Shown piece by piece: positions 15,854-30,328 of a stretch of 59,965 bases of DNA. Under the pieces are notes generated by a model. The model was not told the origin of the DNA, searched no databases, and saw only the letters and a program-made list of their open reading frames with translations. The first letter of the stretch is position 1. Every line of letters starts with the position of its first letter. The position numbers were made by a program, and so were the translations under genes. Origin of the DNA: Seison nebaliae (taxonomy: Eukaryota); NCBI GenBank assembly GCA_023231475.1, contig JALJEE010000343.1, positions 62,001-121,965 of the forward strand, read 5' to 3'.

Positions 15854-18319
15854 ATGATGGCTGATAGGGAGATATTACCATTTACCTCACCTAAATCACC
15901 AATGACGACAACGGCAGAAGCATCACTAACGATTAATGAAGAGAATGCGGCAAGTGATTCCGATTATTGTTCAGTAAGTCATGAAGTGTTCGATTCGAAT
16001 TGTCAATGTTGTTTCTGTTGTCAATACTGTTGTTGTAATGATGAATGTTATGAATGGAAAGATGTCGATTTAGCACCACATCGGAATCCTCTTAACGATG
16101 TAATGCATCATAAGGATGTATGCAAACCAACTGTGATTGAAGATCAAATTGATAAATTATCGATTAGTAAAAGGAAGAATGCAGCGCTTAACGGTGAAGT
16201 TCTTCGATATCTCAAAGTTTTACCGCAGCCGGAAGTGTTATCGCCATACTCAAAAAATCTCAATGGAATGAAGAGGTCAAACAGCACTTTCAGTAGAAAT
16301 TATAAAGTTGATGTTGATCTTATTCGACCGAGCATAAAACTTTGTCAGAAGAAGTCAATGAATGATTATTCATACCTTAGTGAAGCATTAGGAAATCTCG
16401 TTGATGATCAGGAAGCACATTCACTACGTTCCCAATTAGAACATGGTAAATGTATAAATGAAGATTATACAGATTATATGAAGAAAATTAATTTAAATAG
16501 ACATTATTCCAATAATCAATTTACACAGAAAAAATCAGCAATTAAAAAATTACTAAACGATTTTAATGAGCAACAACAACAACAACATGATGACGAAAAA
16601 TTTTATTCGGAACAAAATAATCGTTATTATAAACAACAACAACAAAAACAACAACAAAAACAAAAACAAAAACAACAACAACTGCAACAACAACAACAAC
16701 AACTGCAACAACAACAACAACTGCAACAACAACAACAACATAATCATCAACAAGAACAACAACGTCAAAAAGAATATCAGGAAAATTCGAATGAAGTAAA
16801 GAATAATTTTAATAGGAATTATGATGTGAATGATTATGAGAATGTGTATCAATCCATTAGAGAGAATATTCAGAATAATAATCATAAACATGAGAAAGCA
16901 TCGGCATATGAAACTTTTGTTAATGAATATTTTGAGCAGAAATTCAATCGAAGTAATTCTACACTCCAACGTAATCCAGTAATACCATCGAATAATAAAG
17001 TTGATGGAAAAGGTCGAAGTCGATCAGTTTGTGAGAATAATCGAAGTGCATATTTCCAAGAATTACGACGAGTTATTGATAAATGGAAAGCGAGACGTAA
17101 TTCAATTTTTTTAACGCCCATTAATCCATCGCCAATTGAACGAAACGATATGATTGAGAATGATAACACATTAAAGGATTGGATGCCTCGAAAAATCATA
17201 ACGGGTATCGATATCCGAAGAAAAGTCAAATTGGATCAAATGAATTGGAAGGAAGATATTGGCAAAACGGTCACTCATTCAAGTAAGATTGAAGAAAGTG
17301 AGACGGTAGAAGAGATAATGGAAGAAGAAATTAAAGAAGATTGGAATTCTGTCAATCAATCACCTAATAACGACAGAATAAATCGTTTAGAAGAGATGAT
17401 GACAAAGTTATTGAAAAATCAAGAAAAGATTCGAGAAGAATTGGCAAAGATCGCCATGTCACCAAAGAATGATGTAAAAGAATTATGTCAAGAGATAGTC
17501 GAGAATCAAGTAAACGAGAAAATAGAAAGAATGCTCCAAAAATTCCCTTTAATTTCTCAGAAGTCGAAGAATTTAGTAGAATCATCAAATTTGGTAATTT
17601 TTCATCCAGAAAGGAAATTTACTGTAACACTGAAAGTGAAAATGTTTCAAAGAACTTTCAAGAAATTTTGTAGTCTTCTCCTTTCTCATATTCTGTCGGC
17701 CAATCGTTGCATGTTGTTAATCAGAGAGACTTATTCCACACAATTGTTGATACCAAACGTTGAAAAACGAATAAAGTCGAAATTGGAGAAAGAAATCCAC
17801 TTCTATATACCATTCCTTTATCGAAATGTTCTCCACATCTGTTTGCAACAAATTGCACAAAAATCGGTTCATTATGTAAGTACAGTGGCTACGAGTATTT
17901 CGATGATCAGAAATTTAGTGAAGAAAACCGAACAGAAATATGTTCGATCGATGAAACTTCATGAATCATCTTGTTCCGGTTCTCATGTCATGAATAGTAA
18001 TTATAATGAAATCAGTTTTAATAACTCTCGTTCGATTTCCGATCAGATGGAAAGAAATCGTCGATCAGTTAGGACATATGAACCGATTGTTAGTGCTCGT
18101 GGGACGCAAGCAAACCAACGATTACGAATGTGCTCGTCTAGAGCAACCATTTCAAGACAAGTCAATGCAAACAAACAACGTTCCCATATCAACGTCAATA
18201 GACGTTGTGTATCAGTCGGTTCGATCGGATGTACAACAATAAAACGAATAATTGGAAAGTTAGTTGTTGGAAGAAGGGAAAGTTCCCAAACGATTATTTC
18301 CGTATATTTTGGCTTTTAA
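15854..18319 (+). CDS. Hypothetical 821-aa protein: Cys cluster, polyQ tract, coiled-coil segment
   Basis: 2.4-kb stop-free ORF in AT-rich DNA; NCQCCFCCQYCCCNDEC; Q-rich 16570-16770; INRLEEMMTKLLKNQEKIREEL heptads. The 3' end may be spliced. No family recognised. Confidence 0.75.
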   Translation: MMADREILPFTSPKSPMTTTAEASLTINEENAASDSDYCSVSHEVFDSNCQCCFCCQYCCCNDECYEWKDVDLAPHRNPLNDVMHHKDVCKPTVIEDQIDKLSISKRKNAALNGEVLRYLKVLPQPEVLSPYSKNLNGMKRSNSTFSRNYKVDVDLIRPSIKLCQKKSMNDYSYLSEALGNLVDDQEAHSLRSQLEHGKCINEDYTDYMKKINLNRHYSNNQFTQKKSAIKKLLNDFNEQQQQQHDDEKFYSEQNNRYYKQQQQKQQQKQKQKQQQLQQQQQQLQQQQQLQQQQQHNHQQEQQRQKEYQENSNEVKNNFNRNYDVNDYENVYQSIRENIQNNNHKHEKASAYETFVNEYFEQKFNRSNSTLQRNPVIPSNNKVDGKGRSRSVCENNRSAYFQELRRVIDKWKARRNSIFLTPINPSPIERNDMIENDNTLKDWMPRKIITGIDIRRKVKLDQMNWKEDIGKTVTHSSKIEESETVEEIMEEEIKEDWNSVNQSPNNDRINRLEEMMTKLLKNQEKIREELAKIAMSPKNDVKELCQEIVENQVNEKIERMLQKFPLISQKSKNLVESSNLVIFHPERKFTVTLKVKMFQRTFKKFCSLLLSHILSANRCMLLIRETYSTQLLIPNVEKRIKSKLEKEIHFYIPFLYRNVLHICLQQIAQKSVHYVSTVATSISMIRNLVKKTEQKYVRSMKLHESSCSGSHVMNSNYNEISFNNSRSISDQMERNRRSVRTYEPIVSARGTQANQRLRMCSSRATISRQVNANKQRSHINVNRRCVSVGSIGCTTIKRIIGKLVVGRRESSQTIISVYFGF
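16570..16765 (+). repeat. (CAA)n-rich polyglutamine tract
   Basis: Repeated caacaa with three ctgcaacaacaa units. Confidence 0.9.
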
Positions 18320-18958
18320 ATAATTTATTATTCTCAACGGTCAAACTAGGCAATGACAAGTTATAGATATTAATAATGATAAGAATCGACGTGTAGTCGT
18401 TCAATGAGATTGAGACGAAGGATATATACGAATATTTAATTAAGGAATAATTTTCCCGTTTCTTATGATTAATATCAATGTTGAAATATGTTCACGAGTG
18501 AAGTCTTCGCCCGAAAACCGTTCAATGTGAATGAACCTTGAACACTCTTCCAGAAGTGCAAACGAATGAATCATATAATTCGTTTTTTCCTGAAGAAGAT
18601 GGACCGTCTATCTCTCCAAATTTCATTCGGCAATCGAACAGAGAAAGGAGGAAATATAGATAAAAATATATTCTTTTAGAAACAACATCAACAATGAATA
18701 ACGTAAGAAAGAAAGAAAAAAAATAAAGAATAATGAGAAGTATGTAATCCAAAAGAAGAAAAAGAATTATGAGAAATTATTATGTGAATTTGAAGAGTTT
18801 CTAAACAATTCCATATTCTTTCTAATGAAATCCTGTCCACATACAAAAAAAGAAATATATTGCTCTACATAAATTACATTTACACTGTACTAGTAAACGT
18901 CTTCAAATACGCAATATTATCTTTCCATAGTCAAGTCAGTGTTGAGTGAGTGAGTGAT

Positions 18959-18986
18959 ATGATGATGATGATGATGATGATGATGA
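18959..18986 (+). repeat. (GAT)n microsatellite, intergenic
   Basis: atgatgatgatgatgatgatgatgatga read directly. Confidence 0.85.
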
Positions 18987-19102
18987 ATGCATCTATTCCA
19001 TGATCTATTCAAAGTATTTATATTTCCAGCACTTCTACCTCATCATACCAATTGAAGATTATCTCTTTTTCTTTTCTTCCATCTTTTCACCATCCACCCG
19101 AC

Positions 19103-22100
19103 ATGATTCGTAGAGGGTTAGAGAACTAGTGAAAGAGAATTGCGTTTAGTGGAAAGACAGTTAATTGGTGAAGGTAAGGCTAACTAATTTTATCATAAAC
19201 TTGTTGTTTTAAGCATTTGCCATTCTCCATCATCATTCTTTTTCTCAATAGTAATTTCGGGGAAGGAAAGCATATTGATTACAATAATAATATCCATCAA
19301 TTTTCCGATAGCCGCGATAAATATCAACAATTCGTACAAGAGAGGAATGAATTAAAGAAACAATCGAAACAGTTGAGATTTCAAATGATGAACACTTATT
19401 ATGTTTATACCGCGTTGTTCGATGGTTACCATTTCATGAATATTTCTCCAAATATCAACCTCATCAATTGTAGATAAATTGAAGAAGAAACTTTTCCTTC
19501 AACTACCTCCACCTTTAGTCGTAGTAGAAAAGAGTTCGGAACATTTTCAACTAATTGCTCAAGTTATAGACGATGTCGACCTGCAATGGTTCGTCGATGA
19601 TGTGCCAATCGAAGATGTTGATCATATTCTTTGCACCGTTTTCCATTTTTTAACATTGATCACTTCCAAATCGTTATTGATTCCATTCTTATCAAGACAT
19701 CCACCAACAACAACACTCATCAATTAGAATGTCATGATTTTGGTGAATCGAAACAACTTTGCTTTCAAGTGGTGGCAAATAAAAACGAAGAATCAGCCAG
19801 ACATGTGGTGGTGGTAAAGATTGAATCGAGAAGTTATCTTATCTGCTTTTATTTGTTGACTTAACTAATGTCTCCCGTAGCTCCGGGAAACTCATTCCGC
19901 TTTCCCAATGATGAGAGTAATACGAAGATTCCTCAATTCATACATCTCTTCTCAGCCCAACATGTCTTAACTTCGCCGCTTCAACTACAAGTAACAGTAG
20001 AAGGTAGTCCAAAACCTAAAGTTATTTTTCTCCCGAACAATCTTTCTGAATACACATTTATACATTTCTTATCTGCCTATCGTTTTGGAAAAAAACTTTA
20101 GACTGATTGGTATTTAAATGGAGAGAAATTATCTCCTTCCGATGCCTGTCGGATATCTATGGCAGGCGATACATTCATTCTACAATTAGAAGAACCAACT
20201 AATGGAATTTATCTTGTTGACGTATATAATATGAATGGACGATGTGTTGGATTTACAGAAATTGGTGATGTTGATAGTTATTTTATTAATTTAAGTGAAA
20301 TATAAATCATTCTTTATTTATTAATTCATCTTTCCATGGACTGATAGATGAAATGCGTACGAAAACAAACCATCTAATAGAGAATCTGAAAACTTCATCA
20401 AAGACTGCGCAAGAATCGAAACCTGAAATTCCATCCTTTCCACCGAAGAAAGCAATGTCAAAAGAGATTAAGGAGAATTCTATGCCAATTGCTCCAGAAA
20501 TGCCGAATAATTTATTGGAAAATGAGAATGAGCCGCCGAAATTTATTAGAAAACCTCAAGATGTCAGATATAATGAAGGAGAACAAATTAAAATTGTTGT
20601 TCATGTTGCAGGGAAACCATTTCCAAAAGTGAAATGGTTGAAGAAAGGAAATATCGAATTAAATCAATATCGTTTCACACAAAATATCGATGAACGTACT
20701 GGTGTGTGTCAATTAAGTTGTCAGATGACTTTTGGTGAAGATGCTGATACATATGAATGTCAATTAGAGAACGAACATGGGAAAATATCGGAACAATTCG
20801 AAATGGTTTATCTCCATCAATCTACTCCAGCATTATCCAGATCGAGTAGTATACGTGAAGTAACTCCAAAAAATATTAATCAATTAAAATCAGCTGTAGC
20901 AACACCGTTAGCTCAAGTAATTCATAATAGAATGTCGAAAGATAGATCAATTCCTGGTTCGGTGGCACAATCACGAACTATGTCTGTATCAAGTGCTTTC
21001 AATGATCCACAATCGATTGAACGACGATCAATGACACCAATGAATATGCATCCTCCAATTTTTATTCAACCATTAAAAAATGAATTAAATGTGAATGAAG
21101 GACAAGCAGTAGCTCTTCAATGTCTAATTGGTGGGTGGCCAAAGCCGACGTCATTCTGGTTGAAAAATGGTCAAGCAGTTATTGCTTCTCAACGATTGGG
21201 CACATCAGTAGATCCACGAGGTCTTGTCATGCTACGATTAACAGCAGCGAGTGTAGAAGATTCGGGTGAATATGTATGTGTGGCCGAGAATAATTTGGGA
21301 TATATTAGTACCAGATGTCGATTGACCGTTATGGAAACTCCGACGATTGATGAAAGTTCATATGCCAATCAACAAGCTATCCGATTATTGGAAGCAAGAA
21401 GGAAACAAATCCAAGAAACGAAGACACCAATTGACACATTCGAAGAAGATGATGAAAAATTTTTCGAACCAGTATTTCGGAAAAAACCACCAGAAGTTAT
21501 TGAAGTTCCCTTAAATCAATTATTAAGAATCGATTGTCATGTTAGTGGACGTCCAGCACCAGATCTACGATGGTACTTAGATGAGATTCCGATAACGAAT
21601 GACAAATATCATAAAATTTTGATAAACGAACATGGAACTCAATCATTATTAGTTCACCATTGTCGAGAAAGTGGAGTTTATACATGTGTTGCAAAAAATT
21701 GTATGGGTCAAAAACAAGTGAGAGTTCAAGTGAATTTGAGGAAACAAAATCGTTCAATAAAACCGATGTTTGTCAACCTTCTCCCACGATCTTTAACTCT
21801 TTTACCTGATCAAACAAACGGTTCTATCACTTGTACTGCAACAGGCACACCAGCTCCAACAATCATCTGGTTAAAGAATGAGAATCAACAAATATTACCG
21901 GACGATCCCGATTTCCAAATGGTTGATGATGGTGCTAATCATACATTGAATTTACGAACTCCCGCCAATCATCAACATAACGCTTTGGTTATTTGTCAAG
22001 CGACGAACGAAGGAGGACAAGCTACATCTCGTTGTCAAGTTTCAGTAAAAGGTATGGGAAAACACGTCAATAAAAAGTTGTCTACTCATGAAAGATTGGC

Positions 22101-25100
22101 AGCGTCGATGATGCCACATCAGCAATTTTGGGGTCCAGGTTCAAGACCGGAAGTCGATCCACATTTTTATCCTTTAGCCGATAATCATATGGAACAGATT
22201 GACGAAGATATTCAACCGCCAAAATGGACGAGAAATTTACATCCGAAAGAGATTCGAGTTTCGGAAGGTGAACCAATTTATGCTTATGGTATTGTCGAAC
22301 CGGTTATCAATATGACGGCATTCTGGTATCGGAATGGTCGTCCATTAGTAGTTGGGAGTCGAATTTCCACTGATATTAATTTCGGGAAAGTAATGCTAAA
22401 GATCTCACAAGCGAGAGATATCGATACAGGTTTCTATGAATGTATCGTAAAGAATCGTGTAGGTGATTGTCGAGCATCCATCAATATTAAATGTGGAATT
22501 GAAGAACGAGTAATTACAGAATCTCAATTACCGATGGGTGCTGATTCCGTCCTCAAATTTGATCGAGCCAAACAATATGTTCCTCCCGTTAAAGGTTATG
22601 ATGCAATGGATGACAAGTATACGACATTGGGAAATACGAAAGAAGAAGATGAACCATTTTTATATAACGCTTCTCTTCAATCACCTCCAATTATTCGACA
22701 ACATCCACAATCAGTTCGAATACCTGAATTACAACCGGTTCTCTTCCAATGTAAAGTCGCCCCAATTGGTGATCCTACTATGAAAGTTGTTTGGAAGAAA
22801 GATGGAAATGATATTATAACCGGTAGTCGTTTCTGGCCCGAAGATCATCTAGGTGATGCAACATTAGAAATTCTTTCGGTGAATGGAGAGGATGCGGGAA
22901 TTTATGAAGTAATTGCAACAAACAAATATGGAACAACATCCTCCAAAGTTCAATTGGCTGTTTCAGTGGCTGACAAAGTCATTAATGAAACACAGTTAAG
23001 TGAAGGTGATGCACATGGAGTACATGAATTGGTGAAATTGGAAGAACGATTAAGAGAAGTTCTTTTCATGCCTCAGGAACCGGATGAAATTGAACCGAAA
23101 CCAGAAAAATTTCCTCCGTCATTTATTATGGTGGCTGAAGATGCGACATGTGGAGAAGGTGAATCTGCAAAATTTATGACTAAAGTGGAAGGTTATCCTA
23201 AACCTCGAATTATTTGGTCTCTGAATGGAGAGGTGATAGCTGATGGATCACGATTCCGTATCTCATTCGATGGATTCATTCATTATTGTGAAATAAAGAA
23301 AGGTCGAAGTGAAGATACAGGTGTGATTTCATGTTTGGCAAAGAATCCGTTGGGACAATGTTGTTGTGAAGCGAAAGTTTATGTTCAACCAATCATAGAT
23401 TTTCGTTCAATGCTAAGAGCGGCAGAAACGCCAGAAAGAGAATTGAAGAAAATTCGATCTAATTCATTTATGAAAGCACATCGTGATTGTGTGAAATTGA
23501 AGGCTCCCGACAAATCACAACCACCTGTATTTAAACAAAGTCTACAAACTAAACGATGTCGAGAAAATTTTGCCATGAGATGGGAAATCGAATATGATGG
23601 TGAACCAACTCCTCTCGTCATTTGGACACATAACGGCCAAGAAATTACAGCTGAAAAACAAACTAGATTAAACTTTCAAGTTCTTCATCTTTTCACCTTT
23701 ACATAGTTTCTTATTCGTTTCTTTTAGATTAATACGACTAAAACTCATTCAGTATTACGATCGAAACATTGCCACCTTGAACTTAATGGTGACTATGAAG
23801 TTTATTTGCAGAATCATATTGGAATGACGAATTGTTCGGCGAAACTCATTGTCAAAGAAGGTCTATTCATTTCAATATATTGTCAATTTCAAAATTTTTT
23901 TTAATTTCCTTTAGATTTACCAGAACAGATTCCTTGGTTTTGGCTGAAACCAGTTAGTGACATAAAAGTTAATACTGGAGAACCGTTATGTCTCCAAGCG
24001 AAGATATACGGAAAACCAGAACCAAATGTTATTTGGGTGAAAGTTGGAAATGATTTCTGGAAATTTCTCATTAAAATCTTCTTCTTTTTCAGGATAGTAA
24101 AGTTGTGATTGAACCATCTGATCGAATTAAATGTTTGAAAGACAGTGACAATATGTATACGCTGCTCATAGTGACAGCTGAATTGAGCGACGCTGGTTAC
24201 TATGAAGTGAAAGCTGAAAATTCGTTTGGGAAGATTTGTGCCAATTCCAGTGTAGTAGTTTTGACGAAAACTGATGGCATCCCAGAAAAAGAAGTACAAA
24301 CTGAAAAACCCGCTTGGGCAACAGCCGCTCCATTGACAACAGGAGGAAGTAAACCAACAACACCGAAAATGGAGAAGAAAAAATTACCGGAACAGAAGGA
24401 ACGCGCACCAGATTGGAAGAAAATGAAAGACGAACAAAAAAAGAATATTCCTGAACGGACTACTGAACGAAAAGTTAAAATGAAGCAAACTAAACTCATC
24501 GAACCATTAATGGACGCTTCAGTACCAGAAGGTGAACTACACAAATTTCTGTGTCAAATTGATTTGGATGAACAAAAGATTTGTTATTAATTCTTTTAAT
24601 TTTCCTAAACTTAATTATTACCAATTGAATAGATACCATATGGAAACGTAATGGTCAACAGATTAAACCAAGTAAATTTTTCACAATGCATTCTGTTGGT
24701 GTTAATCATACTTTGACGATTGCCGAATGTTTTCCGGAAGATGACGGTAAATATTCTTGTGAAACAAGTGATCAAATGGTGAAAACGGAAGCAAATCTCT
24801 CAGTCACAAGTTACTCTTTTTAATTAATCATGTTTTTTTATTATTATTCGCAAAAAAAAAAAAGATCGGGAAGAAGCGCCAATATTCACTCGTCCATTGA
24901 TGAGTTTACAAGTTCAATTAAATAGAGGTGTTATTTTAGAAGTAGCCGTTGAATCAACATCAAAATGCAAAATCGATTGGTTCTTGAATAATGAACCAAT
25001 TCAGAATTCGAAGGCCATGCAAATTATAACGAGGAATAAACGACATTTCCTTCGCATTAAACAAGTTCAAACGACACATGCTGGTATGTATACTTGTCGT

Positions 25101-25154
25101 GCTACGAATGCTGCTGGAATAGTTGAATCATCAGCGATAGTTGAAATTGCATAA
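19103..25154 (+). CDS. Miniature kettin/sallimus-type titin-family muscle protein (~13 I-set Ig domains, ~1,780 aa, ~12 exons)
   Basis: Repeated I-set Ig domains (PPKFIRKP..., DSGEYVCVAEN, PIGDPTMKVVWKKDG..GSRF, kettin-like linker VITESQLP). ORFs 19479, 19631, 19868, 20353, 24105 and 24897 join in frame via short introns. The start codon is uncertain. Confidence 0.85.
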
Positions 25155-26344
25155 TCAAAAATATCAGGGAGAGCATATATATGACATTTTTTTTCTTTTC
25201 GTGAACAACAAATAAAAGTTCAACATAAACAATTTTACTATTTAATCCTTCAAATGAAATTTATAATGTTTTCATTTTGAATAAAGTTGCCGAGAAAATG
25301 TTGTTTGTGCACATCAAAATAGAGAACGGGCAATAATAGAAATGAACCGAACGTTTATGAAACATGGATTCACATCAGCAAGAATGGAGAATGAGAAGAG
25401 GGAGAGAATAGATACCATATTATTCAATTTAATTGCTGATGTAGAGAATGCGTAATGAAAAGAATGAATAAAAACAGTGTCATCAGATAGCAATTATATA
25501 GTGAATAATATGAACAACAGTGAAGGGAATAATTATAAATAAATATAATAAATTATTATGTATTGAACTTGTCTATAGTTAAGTAGATCGACGGAGCAAC
25601 ATTTGTCGAACGATCGACAGAATCCCAACAAATCGAATTTAAAGGAAGAGAAATTCTCAATAATAATTCTCCGAATAGTTGTTGTGATGAGAGAAAGATA
25701 GATGAGGAGAAATTTAGAGCCTAGAAAAGAAGGATAGAAATATATTAGAAAGATCGATAAAAGATCATTAATTCTCATACAAATAACAACAATATAAAAG
25801 GTGATGATGATATACGACAAATGAAATCGACATAAGATTTACAGTTGATATGTGCACGTATTAGAGATAATTAATTATCTTCTTCAATCGATCAACTAGA
25901 TGAAATCGAATGAAAAAGAGTTTTGTTGGGAGAAAGGAAAAATGTGAGGCGGCACCGAATAACGAGAGAATTGACGAGAATGATATATATCTGATGAAAA
26001 TTAGGTACATAAATTTCGGTAGATATATCTCATTTGAAGTTTGAAGGGAGAAAAGGACACTTCTCGCCAATTGCGACAATTTTGAGAAGATTTCGATGAA
26101 ACAATTGGAAGGTCTTTTTTTGGAGATAAAATTAAAAGAAAAATAATCATCCAATCTCTTCCCAAACTTCCTGATCAATCGGTTTTTTTTACGTTTAATC
26201 ATGTTCGTCTCTGTGTGGAGAAGAAGGATAGTGTGTCAAAATAATTAAAAGATTTGTCTGAAGCAGAGACTTCCGAAATTTTTTTGGATTTTTTATGTTA
26301 TTCTAGATCATTTTCGCTTATCGATATTGATGATTCTAAATAGT

Positions 26345-27135
26345 TTACTCGTCTTCATTCTCTTCATTTCCAGCCATATTATTAGCGTTGTTGTAATTAT
26401 TCACCAACTGCCGTAAGGAGATCTTTGACGATTTGAGTGACATACCTTCCATTCGTGCCATGGAATCGGCCATTTCCTCTTCGGTATTGAATGTGATCAA
26501 TCTACGAATAATTAAATAAATGAAAATAAGAAGAGGAGGAGTGAGAGAAAGAGAGAGAACCCTTCGCCGATTGTATGATTATGAGCATTACAAAATTGCA
26601 CATTACAATTATTATCTTGGAAGAATTGTTTCAATTCTTGCCATACGACATCTTCGGGTACATTCTGTACAACACATCGAAACATCGGTCTAGGACGATT
26701 GGTACCGAAACGTTGACGACCACGAGAACCACGTGGCATTGCCCGTCGTGTATTATAACGATAATTAGTATATCGTCTACCACCTGTAGATGGCATGAAA
26801 CCATCACCGCCAGAATAACCACGTGATTGCATACCATAATTGCCTCTTCGAGGATAGAAATTATTTCGATCACCTCCTCGATATCCACCTCGACCTGGTC
26901 CGCCACGAGTACCACGTTGTTGTCCATGAGCTGGTTCGACTCGAACTGAACATCCTCCGAAATCTTTATTGGTCAGACGACTGACACACTCATTGGTATC
27001 GGGACAATTAATGTCGACGAAAGCGAAATTGCCCTTCACATCGACGTTGTTCACTTCGCCACATTCATTGCAGAAAGCTTCGATGGATTCACGCTCGACA
27101 TCATTCGGCAGATTTCCCACATAAAGTCGGACCAT
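26345..27135 (-). CDS. SRSF4/5/6 (B52/SRp55)-like two-RRM splicing factor lacking an RS domain; exons 27135-26561 and 26501-26345; optional last exon 26210-26195
   Basis: RRM1 RLYVGNLP...KGNFAFVD...VRVEPAHG; RGG-rich linker; pseudo-RRM2 FRCVVQNVPEDVVWQELKQ...AHNHTIGEGLITF aligns by eye to SRSF4/5/6. C-terminus NNANNMAGNEENEDE-stop. Confidence 0.85.
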
Positions 27136-28168
27136 TCTATTCTTCTGGTGAGATGACTAACTACTGCCAACTGCAAAGAATCTGCTCAATCGTTTCAATA
27201 AATGATAATAAGAAAATAAGTGAAAATTCTTCTTTAAAATTTTATCTCGCGCAAATTCCATATTTATATTCGACTTCAATGTAAGATTGAACAATAGGAA
27301 TTGAATCTTACCGGTCACTTTTTATCTTTCAAATTTTAAACAATTATATTTCTTCTCACAAACTATTCTCTCATACGTGAATGAGAGAAGGAGGTATAAC
27401 ATTTTGTTGCTTCGTATTGAACACGTACAAAGAAAAAATCGTTCTCGATAGATCGATGTTACTGCATACTCCTGCTACATACACACACACATATATACAC
27501 ACAAGAAATAATTACAACTACTTTCTCCCATGTCCTACATATAACATGCAAATCATCTACCAATTTACTGCAAATGGAGAATGAGTGCTCGTCTAATTTG
27601 GAGGATAAGCAGTCTGAACAATAGAAAGATAACGACTTCTCTCTATGCAGAACATCTCGTGGACCTCTTTCCCAGATAAGTTGTCTTCATCTGTACTACG
27701 TGTACAGATTATTGTGTATGTGACGAGTTGTATGTACACATACACGAGTTTAAATATACATGAACTAATCACCTATGGCATAGGTCTCATGCCTCCCACA
27801 TCGGTACATGATTGTCTGTGTGCAGATAAGTAGTTTAAAAATACAATTAATAATTCCTCTTAACAACAACATTAGATGATGGAAACAATAAAGAAATAAA
27901 TGGCAAAATTTTCTGTTCTCTGTTCCATCTTTCTGCATCCTTATAAGATTCAACTTTTAATTACACGCCATAAGCTCAATAGAACGCATTTTCTCTTATT
28001 TTCAAACTACGCTTTCCATTCCCCATGATTATTCCTTCATTATTCGACTTCAAATAAATTTTTATAAAATTGAAGCTCGAATTTTCATGAGCCATCGAAA
28101 TCCTCATTTATTTACATTAACAGTTATAACATCCTTTCCAATTTCTTATCTGTGTTCCAGTTGATTAA

Positions 28169-30151
<1,983 letters not shown>

Positions 30152-30328
30152 ATGGTTTTCTTTATTAGATAATAAATAAATATTCCATGTCGCTCCTTCT
30201 CCAAAGAAAAGGAAAACTGATAAGATAAGCTATTAAATTAGACAGATGATCTCTTCACAATCAGACTGGTAAATCCAATAAAACATAAAACGAACGATGT
30301 CAAATCACTTCTTCCGACTCGTCATATT

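Noticed and set aside
16553..16969. Antisense and alternate-frame ORFs (poly-L, poly-N) over the CAA tract, and similar shadow ORFs opposite other genes
   Set aside because: By-products of trinucleotide repeats and codon bias in the real CDS.
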